From Takakia lepidozioides (lineage: Eukaryota; Plantae; Bryophyta), in NCBI GenBank assembly GCA_030704615.1, contig CM060731.1, forward strand, positions 94,364,001 to 94,428,000: a stretch of DNA of 64,000 nt, written 5' to 3'. This document shows positions 39,411 through 52,109 of this stretch, piece after piece (position 1 is the stretch's first letter; each line of letters opens with the position of its first letter). The position numbers were made by a program, and so were the translations under genes. The notes below the pieces were generated by a model. It saw only the letters and a program-made list of their open reading frames with translations, was not told where the DNA came from and searched no databases.

Positions 39411-42400
39411 ATGCAAAGTGTGGCGGATGAGATCCCTTCGGGGCAGGGGAAGGAGATCATTGTTGATGTGGACGATGAGTTCTATGAAAGCAAAGCTGCT
39501 GAGATGCTGGGGGGTCAGAAGGTAAACTCTCAGCTTGTGGTGCAAAGTATGCTTGCCCCGGGTGGGAGGTTGAAGATTCCCCTGTGTAGGTTGGTTTCCA
39601 TGCCCGTCGTTCGTCCACCCCTCATCAAGGACATCCTGAAGCTGGAGGCCGAGTTTGTTCATGGGTATTTGGATGGATCCGCAGTCTTTTACGTTTCTAC
39701 AAAGGATTCCAGAGGCAATGAGCTCCTTGTGGATGAGTCAATCGTGGACTCCTGGGATCCCATTTGGAGACAGGTGAACGAATCCTTCAAACTTCTTCTC
39801 TCCAGGAAACCTTCGACCCAGGCATTCTCAGGGAAGATGTTTCACGTTTGGGATGGCAACCACCGGTTGCTTGCATGGATGGCTGTCATTGGGAGGCTGC
39901 ACTCACAGGAGGAAGAGTGGCATTACTCTGTTTGATCGATGGTGCTGGATTGTGACGGGAACATGATGGGTCTTCTGATGGCAATGAATGATGTGAACAG
40001 GTTGGTTTCTCATTCTACATGTTCCACTTGTGGTTCCGTGGTTCTTTGGTTCCAGTCCTCTGTTGACGGTCCTTGAATTTCATTCTGACTTTCACACATC
40101 ATTCTGTAGAGGGACGGAGACATCGCATGTCAAAACGAGTTTGGTTCACACACTGTACAGGATACAAAGGATCGGGCAGATGCCCTTGACCAACTTCAAG
40201 ACCATCCTTTCAGCAGAGACGTACAAGAAGTGCGAAAGCTCCAAGACATCAGAAACGTGGTACTCGTTGACCCGTGAGGCTTTCATGGAGTATATGTACG
40301 CGGTGAGATACATCTTCCATCATCTGGCCTTTCAATATTCCTGCTTCCACATGTTTGTTTATGTTTGTTTCCCTTGCCCTTGGGTTGATGCAACTCTCGT
40401 GCATTCCCTTGCAGCAAGACATTGCAGATGCAGGAGAGCGTGGCAAACTGGAATACTACAGCTCTACCCCTGAGGAGAGAAGGACAGCAAAGGGTGTTGA
40501 GAGTCACATCCAGAAAGAGATGACCGCCACAAGAAGGACTATTATGAGTGCTTTTGTGAAACAACTGAGAATTGCAGACCCAACCTTCGGACCAGAGTTC
40601 CTTCAAGAGGTGAAAAACCATTACAACAAGCCAGGCAAGCCGGAGATGGCCCAGGAGAAGTTACACAGGTTGTCTACTGCCGTTGTGTCTTCAGAACAGA
40701 AGGTGAAGTGGCTACAGATATGGAACTCCGATCCCACTGTTAGGGATACCCACAAGTTCCCCAGGCCGGAGAAAGAGAAGAAGACCCAGCGTGTCATTCC
40801 TGTCAGTGACAATGTGCTGGACACATGGCTTCACAAGGCCACTTACTGGAGCCAGGTATGATGTCCTTTGCTGTGTCACTTTCTTTTCGCTTTTTCTGTC
40901 ATTCTTTTTCCATGTTACATTGGTTGTGATTGTTTTTGTTTTCATTCTTGCTTCTGTATTGGTCTGCAGTTGGAGGAAAGGGCCCGGTCGGTTCTACATA
41001 CGCAGCTGGCTGACTATGGGATCACCATGACAAAACCAAAGGTCTCCTTCCAAGCATACATGAGGAAATGGAGAGCCACAGTGTGGCAATCTTGTTTCTT
41101 CATAGAGTTCAGCAATGATGCTGGCATCAGTCGAACAAATGAGCTTGACCAGCAAGAGACAGGAGAAGAAGCCTGGAAACGATGCCTTTACAGGTGCAAA
41201 ATGGACCGTGCTTCTTTGTTTTGCATAGACACAATCTCCTCCATCCAACCTGTTTTTGGCTAGCTCATATGAGTTTGTGGTGGAGTGTAATGTGTCGCAT
41301 ACTCTTTTAGGGGGTCTTTGTGATGGGGTGGAAAAGCTGGGAGACAATATTTGCATTGCATAATGAGGTTGTTTTTGTTCCTGCAGGTACATAAAGTATG
41401 TTCTCATGGCAGAGAACTGCTTGGACAAACATCCTGATTTTGTGGACCTTTGGCTTGTCCCTGCTGGCAACCAGACCATGTTTACCACGGGGATCTTGCA
41501 TGACTGGGGCCCAAACCATCTTTCTGCTTGTGGTTGGTATTTGGATTGCCCTGCTTCAGAAACCCCAGCTCAGGAGGTGTCTTTGAGAAGAGAGAATGAA
41601 CGTATAGCAGCTACCGCCGCAGCAGCCGACCTCGACATTCATGAGAGAAATTTGAGGACTCTTGTAGAGAAGGAGCCTCCCGCTCAGGATACACCGGGTA
41701 AAGGTAGAAAGGAAAAGGGAAAGGATATTGCTGGTGGTGTGGGGAAAGGAAGGGGTAGGGGCAAGGGGGCACAAGGGCAGGTAGGTGGGCAGGGAAGTGT
41801 TGCAGATACTGGCCCTCTGGTGGTTGTCCAGGAGACTCCACCGCATGGTAGGGGATCCGGGAGAAAGAACAAGGGGGTGGTTGATCCCAAGGACCCCTAC
41901 CATGCAGTGGAGCATCCCACGAGGGTCATTCGCCCTACCAGATTGGAGATGGCCAACGTCGGGTTCCTTGCCATGATGGAGTCCAAGAAATCTGATTACA
42001 AGGGCGAACCATCACCAGTGTGGGAGAGGATTGTGGAGTTCCTCGGCACGGTGCGTGTTGTCTTTTGCTTCTTGTCTGTTGTGTGCATGGATCGTTTCAA
42101 TCCTCTTGAGCATTCCATTGCATGCTTGTTTGCAGGCTAAAATGACCAAATCCTGGGTGAACGGGAAGGAGAAGCCATATGCAGCCAAACTCATCATCTT
42201 GGACATCCTTGATGGGTTGCCAGTCCAGGTTGTCCCTCCATCGGGTGCTTGTCCAGGTTGGAATGCTCTTGATGAGCGCTACTGGCGGTGGATTTTCTCC
42301 TTTTGCAATTTCTTTCTGTCCGATGCAGGTGTTTTGGTGCTCATCTAGTCCATCGACCTTCACTGTCGCCGTGCACTTGCCAGCTATTTGAAAGCCTCCG

Positions 42401-43194
42401 GTATGAGGGTCGTGAAGACATGGAATTGTGTGAAAAGCATGTACCTGACGAAGGGGGATCGTCCGGGAGAGATGGTAAATCTGCCTTCTTATTCCTCTTC
42501 TTAGTGGTTCTCGGATGGAGTTGCATAAGTCGCTCAAATGAATATGTAGGGGCCTGGTTTTCAAGCTTCTTAGTTCCTTATGTATGTCCTGTTCGCAGAC
42601 TCGTTTGTTTGAAGTTGTTTGTCTCGTCTGAGTGCATCCACCTACGACTCCAGCCGTCATTAGGGAGTTCGCCATCACTCATGGGGGCAAGTTCATAGAC
42701 GAGAGGACAGATCATCCCACGGATGACATGCACCACAACTACGTGGACAGCAACGTGTGCTTGCGAAGGGAGAATGGGGTTCCTTGGAGAGGGGCTAGGG
42801 AGAGGAGCCCGGCTTTCATTCAGACGATTGTGGAGTGTTGCACCTACAGAGACGCCAGAGTTCTGGATTTGTCAATGGGCACAGATTTGTCTCTTCAACA
42901 TTCACATTTCGTGAGGTTTGTTTGACCTTGCACTTTCAGCTCTTCACATCGTTCCAAATGTGTCTTCAATGTCTGTTTCCTTCATTGTATTCCACTGCAG
43001 GTGCCTCGTACCACGCTTGCAAGGCCAGTGCGCGACATCTCTTTGGGATTGAAGGGGATGCCGAGATTTACAAGAACCTCCTGATGGGTTTGGGTGGACA
43101 CACTTCTCAAGTCCTTCCGAAGCCCCTACTCGCTGATATTGATATAGGGGAGACTTCCGACAAGGAGCTGGATGACGACTTTGCCTGTGAGTAA
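39411..43194 (+). pseudogene. Multi-exon gene for a ParB-like N-terminal domain plus a beta-class N4/N6 DNA-methyltransferase-like C-terminal domain
   Basis: FHVWDGNHRLLAW (~39840-39878); KLIILDILDG (~42190-42216, motif-IV position); ERSPAFIQTIVECCT..RVLDLSMGT|GASYHACKASARHLFGIEGD (motifs X/I/II). GT-AG introns; in-frame stops at about 39933, 42345 and 42629. Confidence 0.75.
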
Positions 43195-44699
43195 GTTCAA
43201 CCTGTGGATGCTTGCATTGTTGTTTCAATACCCAGAATCACTATTCTTAAGGCAAAGTGCACATGGGAGATATCCTCTTCGTTGGACTTGTGCATTGCAT
43301 CATTGTGTTCAAAATTGGTTTTTGTCCACTTGTGCAGGAGTCCGCGTGCTTCCATTGACCCTCCAGGGCTATCACACCTTTTTGGACTTCTTTCAAGTCC
43401 TCCTCAGTCTTACGTCCTACCTGTTTATGCGGAGGCACTCGCAGCAAGCATGTCCATCAATGGCACTCGCAGTCCAACCATCGACGGCCGTGGTAGAAGA
43501 CGTGGTGTTGGGGCCGGAATCTTTGTGGATGACATAGCACAGGAGGTCGATACTGATTCTGATGACTGTAACACTTGATATGAAGTTTTCTTTTGCTTTC
43601 ATTCGGGGCCAATTTTGAAATGGGATGGTTGTGTGTCCTTCTTGTCATGTTTGCAATGTGTGCGTGGGATGCAAATTCATGGGAACAAACTATCGTTGGA
43701 GATGGGGGTTGCATGGACTGCCCAATGCAGGGGCTTGGTATGTTGATAACGTCTAAATGGATGCAATGGATACAATGGATGTAACACATCCAGTCTGCAT
43801 TCCCTGGAAATGGCTGATCAACCCGCGGTAATAGGTGACACCCGCGGAAATAGGCCCTGTATGCATGCTAACGTGGCGTGAGCCTGTGCTGGGCTCACGG
43901 TTTCCTGGGCTCACAGAATAACACCCGCCCCTTGGAGCCATACTGGGGTGGATTCATGGCTTCGTAGGATTGGGATTCGCCGGGCCAAAAGCTTGCCAAA
44001 GAACAAGTACATAGTTGAAATTGAATCCGGCCTGAAAACACTGCCGAAGCCAGATACTAATGTTCTACACAATATAACTAGTCATTCCCAACGAATGTTT
44101 CCAGCAACTTTGAGCAACACGAGTTATCTACAAGAATTGATTAAGAAAACAATGGATGTGGGCATATTAAAGAAAGAGTCTCATTTCTTCCTAAAGATGG
44201 TTTTTCAAAGCTCGATGGCCTAGCGCCCCCACCGGGAAGGGAGAGAGGGGGAGAGAGGGAGAGAATGAGAGGGAAAGAGAGAGAGGGAAAAAAAAAAAAA
44301 AAAAAAAGGTGCGTGGGGGGGGGGGGGGGGGGGGGGTGATTGAGCAGTAGCTGCTTAGTAGCAAGGTCGGCTGCTCCCCCCCCCCAACCTTCTGTTTTTT
44401 TTTTTTTTTTGTGAGCAGCACAAAGAGAGGGAGAGAGAGGGAGAAAGGGGGCAAAGGAAAATAAATAAAAAAGTTGTAGGGGAAACCCTTTAGTGTCCCA
44501 TCCCCCGTCCCCACCCCCTCTCCTTGCCCTTTAACTCAAACAAAAAGGCAGCCCCCCCCTCCGACCCCCATCCGTCGCAAGAAAAAAAAACCGCGCGCCC
44601 TTGGGCCCCCCCTTCGCATATGCGCGCCGGCAAGGCGTCGCAAATGGGGCAAGGGTCGCAAATTTTTTTCCTGCGACGGATGGAGTGATCCAGCGGAAG

Positions 44700-45130
44700 G
44701 GGGGAGCTGGTAGAGATGTTAGCAATAATTAATAGCTTCCACCAGCCACCTTCTGGACCTAGGAAGCGTGGGAGCCATTTCCCCAGTAGGGCCTGGATTT
44801 GAGTTCCTGGATCTAGGACCCCCTGGCCGTTTTTTTTTTTGGCTGGCAAATCTGGTTCCAAGAGACCTGTGGCCGCTTGTTTTGCGTGGAAGATTGCGCC
44901 CCCGAGATAAAGTTTCGAACACGTCTTTTGACCTCCTGAATGAACTTGGAGTTGGGGCCCCAAGTGGACGCAAAAATTCCATATTCTTGCCTGTAGGATC
45001 TGGTTTGCAACGAGGGCTCTGTGATGGAAAGAAACTTGGATCCCCAGTATACAAGGTGACGTTTTAGCTTAAAGATAGTGGGTTGCATTATTTGTTCATC
45101 AGAAATGTTGTTGCCAAATGTGTGGCCCAA
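44700..45130 (-). mobile_element. LINE ORF2 fragment (post-RT region)
   Basis: LKRHLVYWGSKFLSI..ANQILQARIW and QALLGKWLPRFL..WWKLL resemble plant L1 ORF2. Confidence 0.5.
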
Positions 45131-45421
45131 CAGAGTGGTTGTCTCACCAATGGCCCCCTCAACTGCAACTGTTGGAACTCAGTTTTCTGGAAGATTTGCA
45201 AATTTTTCCTGCCGCCATCTTTGTATTGATTCTGTTTCGACATTGAATTGCCACTGGACGTCAACGGATATCTAGCAATCCATAGTGTTTAAAAGACATC
45301 ACTTTAATATTGTCTGTCTCATTCCAGGAGTTTTGGGGTGCAATTCATTACACTGCAAAACAAAGTCTAATGCATCAAAATGCAATTGCAAATATCCATA
45401 TGGTGGATTCCCTTTGCCCCA

Positions 45422-45720
45422 TCAATGATTTCTGGAATCCCGGCGGAGGAGTTTGTGCAGCTCGTTCACGCTCAACGCTGGTGCATGAATAAAGTCATCA
45501 ATAGTCAAGTTCGTCCTCAACCTCTTCAGGTAAATGTAATACAGATGCTTGCACGGATAATACTTTGACCCCTTCTTTGCTTCCATCAACGAGAAGTCCG
45601 TACAATTGCAAGTCAGCTCCACTCCAATCGTAATTGTGTATATGTCGTCGCGTACAGCTGAGCCGGCCGTTGCTATCCGATAAACACGCCTAAGGCCGGG
45701 GGGGGGAGTTGCTGCTCAGT
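45422..45720 (-). pseudogene. Isolated SWIM-finger C-terminus of the same MULE family
   Basis: PPPGLGRVY..TCNCTDF..PCKHLYY..FIHAPALS, closely similar to 56595..56879. Confidence 0.8.
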
Positions 45721-45769
45721 CACTCCCCCCCCCCCCACCTTCCTCTTTTTCTTTTTCTTTCCTGATCTC

Positions 45770-45771
<2 letters not shown>

Positions 45772-45813
<42 letters not shown>
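45772..45813. repeat. (TC)n microsatellite in low-complexity sequence
   Basis: About 21 TC units. Confidence 0.95.
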
Positions 45814-45816
<3 letters not shown>

Positions 45817-45974
45817 CTGCTCACAAAAAAAAAAAACCACAGAGGGAAAGAGGGGGTAGAAAAAGTTAATAAGAGAGACGGAGAGAGTGGGAGACAGAGG
45901 GAGAGGGAGAGAGGGGGCAACAATGAAAAAAAATGGGTTGGGGGGGGGTGAGATGGTGGGGTCAGCTGCAGCAT

Positions 45975-46390
45975 ATGTCCAACACCAGATATCCTAAGTT
46001 AATCGACTCTATATCTTGGAAACAGGACCGGCCACCGACTTGTCAAACAGGCTAAGTCCTGGCAGAAGACAGTAGAAGAGATTATCAAGGACCTGGACCT
46101 GGAACCGCAAGTCTTCATCCTGCTGGATAAATCTGACTTAGAGGCTGTAGTGTCCAACCATGTCTGTTGCCATGAGATTGTCTGATGAAAATGAAGTTAG
46201 GCAAAAAACTTCCCTGAACTTGGGGGAGGACATCTTGGATGACCTCAAGGGTCTACCCACTCTCGGCACTAGACTGAAATTTAAACTCAGGGCAGGAAGC
46301 CTACCTTTGAACAGCAAACAGAAGCAGAGAGGAAATGGAGAGTGCAATTGCCCGTTGTGTGGGCAATCTGAAGACAGTACTCATTTTCAA
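45975..46390 (+). mobile_element. Non-LTR retrotransposon C-terminal zinc-knuckle fragment
   Basis: KFKLRAGSLPL..CPLCGQSEDSTHF. Confidence 0.55.
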
Positions 46391-46951
46391 TGGCGCCGAA
46401 CTTCCCTATTTTGGGCCGAAAACTGGCTAAGTCCCAACATGTACGGGAACGATGTCTGGAAAAATGGCGCCAAATTTCCAGTTACATGGCCCAGAACTGC
46501 CCAACATTTGTGCAATGCCCGACACCATGTACCAAAATTCGGCGCCACATTTCCAAATTTTGGGCTTACACTTCAATCAAGTAAGGACCTATAACTGCGA
46601 AATTCGGCACCATTCTTCGCTGGAGACACCTATTACCGCGCAATACGTCGCAGATTTCTCCGGTTGCGAAATCTATTACCGCGAAATTCGACGCTATTTT
46701 TGCAGATGTCGCTCAGAATTCGCATGAGCGGAAGACGAAATATCATGAGCACTGCTCTCAAAACTACAATTTCTACTTCAAACAATGAATATTATATTTA
46801 TTTTTATTTTTATTTTTATTTTTTCTGATACATTCCATTAAAATAATGTTTTTTAATGTTTTTTATTTCCAGAATTTGTACTTCTGCTCATGAAAACCGA
46901 TTGTCTTACTACTCCGCTCATGCCGCTCATGCTCATGAAATAACTAATCTC

Positions 46952-49900
46952 GAATACCGGATGCACCTTGCTGTTTGCCGACAGCTCCAATTCATACACA
47001 TCCTCATTCATAACCTTCCGGATGCGAAAGGGCCCAGCATATGGAGGTACGAACTTCAGACTCACTTCTGGAGGTAGTAAAAAATTCTTGATGTTCAACC
47101 AGACCTCCGTGCCTGCCTCAAACCTAACTTCCCTCCGCTTCCGATTTGCCTGCCGTTCATACCGTCTCCTAGCTTTGACAATGTTGTACTTTGCGAGCTT
47201 CAACAAACGCTCGCGTTCTTCCAGCACCGCTGCTGCTGCCGGTTCCTCAACGTCATGGACGACCCAACTTGTCGGCACCAGAGGTGCTTTTCCATAGACC
47301 AATACGAAAGGGGATACTCCCGTTGCGGAGTGTTTTGTGTTATTATAATAGAACTCTGCCGCATCCAAGTGCTCCACCCAGTCTGATTGGTTTGCCGACA
47401 TATAATTCCGCAAGATTTGCTTCACCACGGAATTCACTCTTTCCGTTTGGCCCGTCGTAGGTCGGAAGGCGGTACTCATCTTGAGCCTCGTCCCTATTTT
47501 CTTCCAAAGTGCTCTCCAAAATTTACTTGTAAACTTTGGATCGCGGTCCGAGACAATATCCTTCGGGAGTCCATGATGCTTGAAGATGTGGGCAAAGTAA
47601 AGTCGCCCCGTCTCCTGCGTCGTTGCAGTCTCCTTGGTGGGAATGAAATGACCCATTTTATTGAGCATATCCACCACCACCATGATTGCATCGAATCTTT
47701 TTGACAGCGGCACATCAGTCATGAAATCCATTGAGACACTTTCCCAAGACCCCTCTGGAATCGGCAAGGGTTGTAACAGCTTTTGTACTCGCTCCGGTTT
47801 TGTTGGCATGTGGTGCATGTCTTGACATACTCCTCGGCCTCCTCCCTCAGTTTGGGCCAGAAGTACTCTTTCTTCCAGAGTGCCGTGGTGCACTTGGCTC
47901 CACCATGGCCCGCAAGCGGGCCATCGTGGCATTCTCTCAAGAGACTATATCTGATCCCTCCCTTTGGCACGTAGAGACGCTTTGCTTATACCGGAGCAGT
48001 CCATTGTGCAAGTGGAACTGCGATTTAATCCCCATCCTCGAGTCCCGCATCACGGACTACGCCATCTCATCCTTTCGGTAAGTCTTCCGGATCTTCTTTT
48101 GGAGTGTCGTCTCGCCCCTGTACACCAACATGAGCTGTTGCTTTTTACTTAGAGCATCGGCCACCACATTGTCCCATCCCGGTTTGTAATGGATATCCAC
48201 GTCGAACACTGCCGAAGTGTCTTGCCACCTAAGTTGTTTTGGGGAGAACTTAGGCTGCGTGGCAAAATACTTCACCGTGACATTGTCCTGAACACCTTCA
48301 CCGGGTTGGAACCACACATAGTGGATCCAAAGCTCAAGGCAATGCACCACCGCCTTCATTTCTTTCTCGTGCGTATGCCACCGTCGCTCCACTTCATTCA
48401 GTTTCTTACTTTTGTAAGTCACTGGACGTCCATCCTGCATGAGTACACCCCCAATTGCAAAGTCCGACGCATCTGTATGAATCTCAAATGGACGGTCGAA
48501 CTCCGGGATTTTCAGGACTGGAGCTTCCGCCATCCGCTGCTTCAACTCGGCAAAAGCTTGGCCACAAAAGGTGTTCCATACCCATACCTTGGACTTACAC
48601 AGAATGTCTGATAGCAGCCCCGCGATCTTGGCAAAATTTCTCACATACTTTCGGGTAATAGAAGGCGAGTCCTAGGAAGGATCGCACTCCCGGGACCGAA
48701 GTCGGAGGCTCCCTGTCCAAGATCGCCCTCACCTTTCTGTCATCCATTTTGATCCCATCCTGTGTAATCACATGCCCTAGGAACTCCACTTTTGTGACCC
48801 CGAATTCGCACTTTGAAGCTTTGGCATACAGCTTTCCTTCCCGCAATTTGTGGAACACCCTTTTGAGGTGCTCCAGGTGCTCTTCCTTTGTTTTCGAGTA
48901 CACCAAGATATCGTCGATGTACATGATCACAAAGTCATCCAACCACTCCTGGAAAAGGCTGTTCATTAGGGTGCTAAAGGTTGCGGGTGCGTTGGTGAGC
49001 CCAAAAGGCATCACCAAGAACTCATATGAACCATATCTTGTCCTGCACGCGGTCTTCTCCTCATCTCCTTCCGCCACTCGGATTTGATGGTAGCCGGAGC
49101 AAAATTGATCCGACTGAAATACTTCCCTCCTGCCAACCAATCGAAGAGGTCATCGATCCTTGGCAAAGGGTACCGGTTTTTTATAGTCACCTTATTCAGA
49201 GCCCTGTAATCGACACACATCCCCATCCTTCTTGTCTGCAAATAGCACCGGGGCTCCGTAAGGTGACTTACTCGGCCGGATGTACCCCTTTGACATTAGA
49301 TCCTTGAGTTGGTCCTTCAGCTCGACCATTTCTCTGTGGCTCAACCGGTAGGGCGCCTTGGGAGGCGGCTCCGATCCCGGTATCACCTCTATCTTGTGGT
49401 CAACTCCTCTTCGCGGTGGCAAGCCGCTCGGTAAGTCCTCCGGCATCACATCCTGGTATTTCTCCAAGATCCCCTTGATCCAATCTGGGCTTGGTCCCTA
49501 TCGACTTCTCCTTCCACATGTCTTACGTAAAGCAAAAACTGGGGCTGTGGCTCCTCCACGGTCCACTCCTTTGCTGACAGCAGGTTTATTTGCCCTCCTA
49601 CTTGGTTGGGCGTTTCCGACACCCATAACATTTTGCCACCATTCCCACACGGTAGCGTGACTATTCTCTTGCGGCCATCTATGACCGCTCCGGATTTGCT
49701 CAAAAAGGTCATCCCCAAAATGAGATCCACTCCATCGATCTCGCAAATGGTGAAGTTTTCACGTCCCTCCCAACTCCCGAGCTGAAGAGGAACATCGAAC
49801 GCCAACCTCGTCGCCAATTGTGGTTCTCCTTTGGCAGAACGCACTTCAATAGAGGCCCCCACATCATTTGTCGGGAGCCCCAGCTTCCGTGCCATTGTCG

Positions 49901-51560
49901 GTGTCATGAAGGAGTGCGACGCTTCTGTGTTCACCAACAATGACACGTTAGTTCCGGAAATTATCCCACTCACGAACATTAACTGAATCCCTTTACGCAA
50001 GGGGCCAGTCTCCTGATACAACTCACAAGAGTAGTTGCATGCCTTGCAAGTCTTGGCGACCACCGCTTCCACCAAGCGACTAATGGAATCTTTGGACAGC
50101 TCCGTGGTCGCCCGAGTCATGTTCAATTGTCGGGGTTTTGCGCACTTCTTGGCCATGTACCCGGGCTCCCCGCAATTAAAGCACACTCCATTGAAGGTCG
50201 TCTTCTGTCTGCCATAAGCCGCCGCACCTGATTTTCCTTTCGGAGCACCGGGTGCCGCCTTGACGTGTGAAGGCCCTCCCTTCGATTTCCATGTGTCATT
50301 GTCACCGCGTGGCCTATCCTACTTCTTTTCCGGTCGGAAGGAGTCACCCTCCCGCCGGGTCTTCTTGTGGTTCAGCTCCGTACGGCCTTGTCTTTTGCCC
50401 CTAGGGACATCCGAGAAACATTCAGCCCTTTCAATTGCCTCATTCAAAGTCTTAGGTGGCTTCTCCTCCAACTTCCGCCTGGCCCACGGGGCCAATCCCG
50501 CCACAAAGTTGAAGACCATTTCTGGTTCTGCCATATCCATGACTTCGAGCAACAGCACATTGAAGGCCTGAACATATCCTCGAATGTCATCCGTTTGCTT
50601 CAAATTCCTCATCTTGTCCCAGGCAAGCCAGGACGCGTTGAGGGGCACAAACTGTCACGTCTTTCAACGTCCCGCCAAACTACGCCAACAACCCTTCCCA
50701 AAAAGCTGCTGGCATGGGAGGCATCTGTTGGTCTGGCGGAGCCTCCGGGAAGCCCTCGGGCTCTGACTCCCAAAATTCCCCCCGTTCTCGAGCGGCCTCG
50801 CTATCAGAAGCATGCATCGCCTCTTCCAATTGCCGCTTTGGTAACACGTCGCCCCCATCGGGCTCACCAGGATCATCATCTTTCGGGTCGTTCCACTGAT
50901 GAGGCCAATCGCAAGGACGATCGCGTACTGAACTCTAAGCTCTGATACCAAGTGTCGCGCACCTCACTTCGGTAAGCTCCCCCTTCAGGTCATAGTTACT
51001 CGCTTTGATGCGCGCGCCTAACTCCCAAACTGGCCGCCGGGCCAACTCGGAGCTTCGGCTTCTCACCGGGACATAACGGTCCCTTTTACCCCTCCACCAG
51101 ACCCTTGCTCGGGCCTAGTGGAAATTCCCTTTGGTTGTTGGCAGTCCGGAATAGCTCCCCACACCTTGGTCACTTTCCGACTCGCACGCTTACTCAGTAG
51201 TCTTTGGTCACCAACGGGCTTGCACCGTTCTCGGGGTTACTACTCCCTATATATACTTCTGTGACTGTCTGCGGGGGTTTCACAAACAGCCCAGTCATTT
51301 TATGGTGAACCGCCACAAAAACCCTCGAATCCCGGTGAGTCTTGGCCCACCCACCACGTTCCCATTGGACCGTGATGAGTTCCAAGACTCCCCACGACTC
51401 CCACCACAAGGTCTCCACCCCATGGTGAGTCCTATGCCACCCCCACTAAGACCCACTAAGCTACCACCACTCCTCGTGGACCCACCCCCACCGCAATCCG
51501 GTGTGCGGGGCTCCACCTATTGAGTGCCTCCGCCTCCTTGAGTGCCTTGGGCACTCAAGG
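46952..51560 (-). mobile_element. Second copy of the chromovirus family, truncated at both ends
   Basis: Partial LTR at 50953-51560 and PBS at 50939-50950. Then gag (internally deleted), PR, RT (MPFGLTNAPATF, YIDD), RNase H (HTDASDFAIGGVL) and integrase ending at VHPVF. Confidence 0.93.
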
Positions 51561-51842
51561 CACATGGAATAGACTGATTGAATAGACCCAAAAAAGTGAT
51601 GATCGTCAACGATCATCACTTTTTTGGTTTTTTTTATTGTTTTTTGAAAAAGAAAAAGAAAAGAAAAAAAAAAAAACCCAAAAAAAATAATGATACTCAA
51701 CGGTCATCACTTCTGCTCTGTTTTGGCAGGAGTGACTATCGTTGACGATCATCATTTTTTTGGTTTATTTATTTATTTATTTTTATTAAGAAAAAACGAA
51801 AATCATTCATCACTTCTGCTAGATGGAATTTAAATTTTATGA

Positions 51843-51924
51843 TTTAGGATTACGGTTAAGGTTAGGGTTTAGGGTTTAGGATTAGGTTTGGGATTTAGGG
51901 TTAGGGTTTAGGGTTTAGGGTTTA
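51843..51924 (+). repeat. Degenerate interstitial plant telomere-type repeats
   Basis: Several TTTAGGG/TTAGGG units. Confidence 0.85.
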
Positions 51925-52109
51925 ATTTGGGTTGTTCCACTCCACCCCATTCGCCGACTTATCATATTTTGATTAGCTTAAGGCAGTAGATATATTCGCT
52001 AAAAATAAATAGTTTCTCCCATGCGGGCCCACATAAGCGGATGTAGGGTCGCTCATCCGCGGAAATACATCCCATTTCTTAATTTTTTGAAGACCCATCC
52101 AAGCTTAGA

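Noticed and set aside
39411-43194. Bacterial or phage contamination as the source of the ParB-MTase gene
   Set aside because: The gene has spliceosomal introns at positions shared with a paralogue and is embedded among plant TEs.
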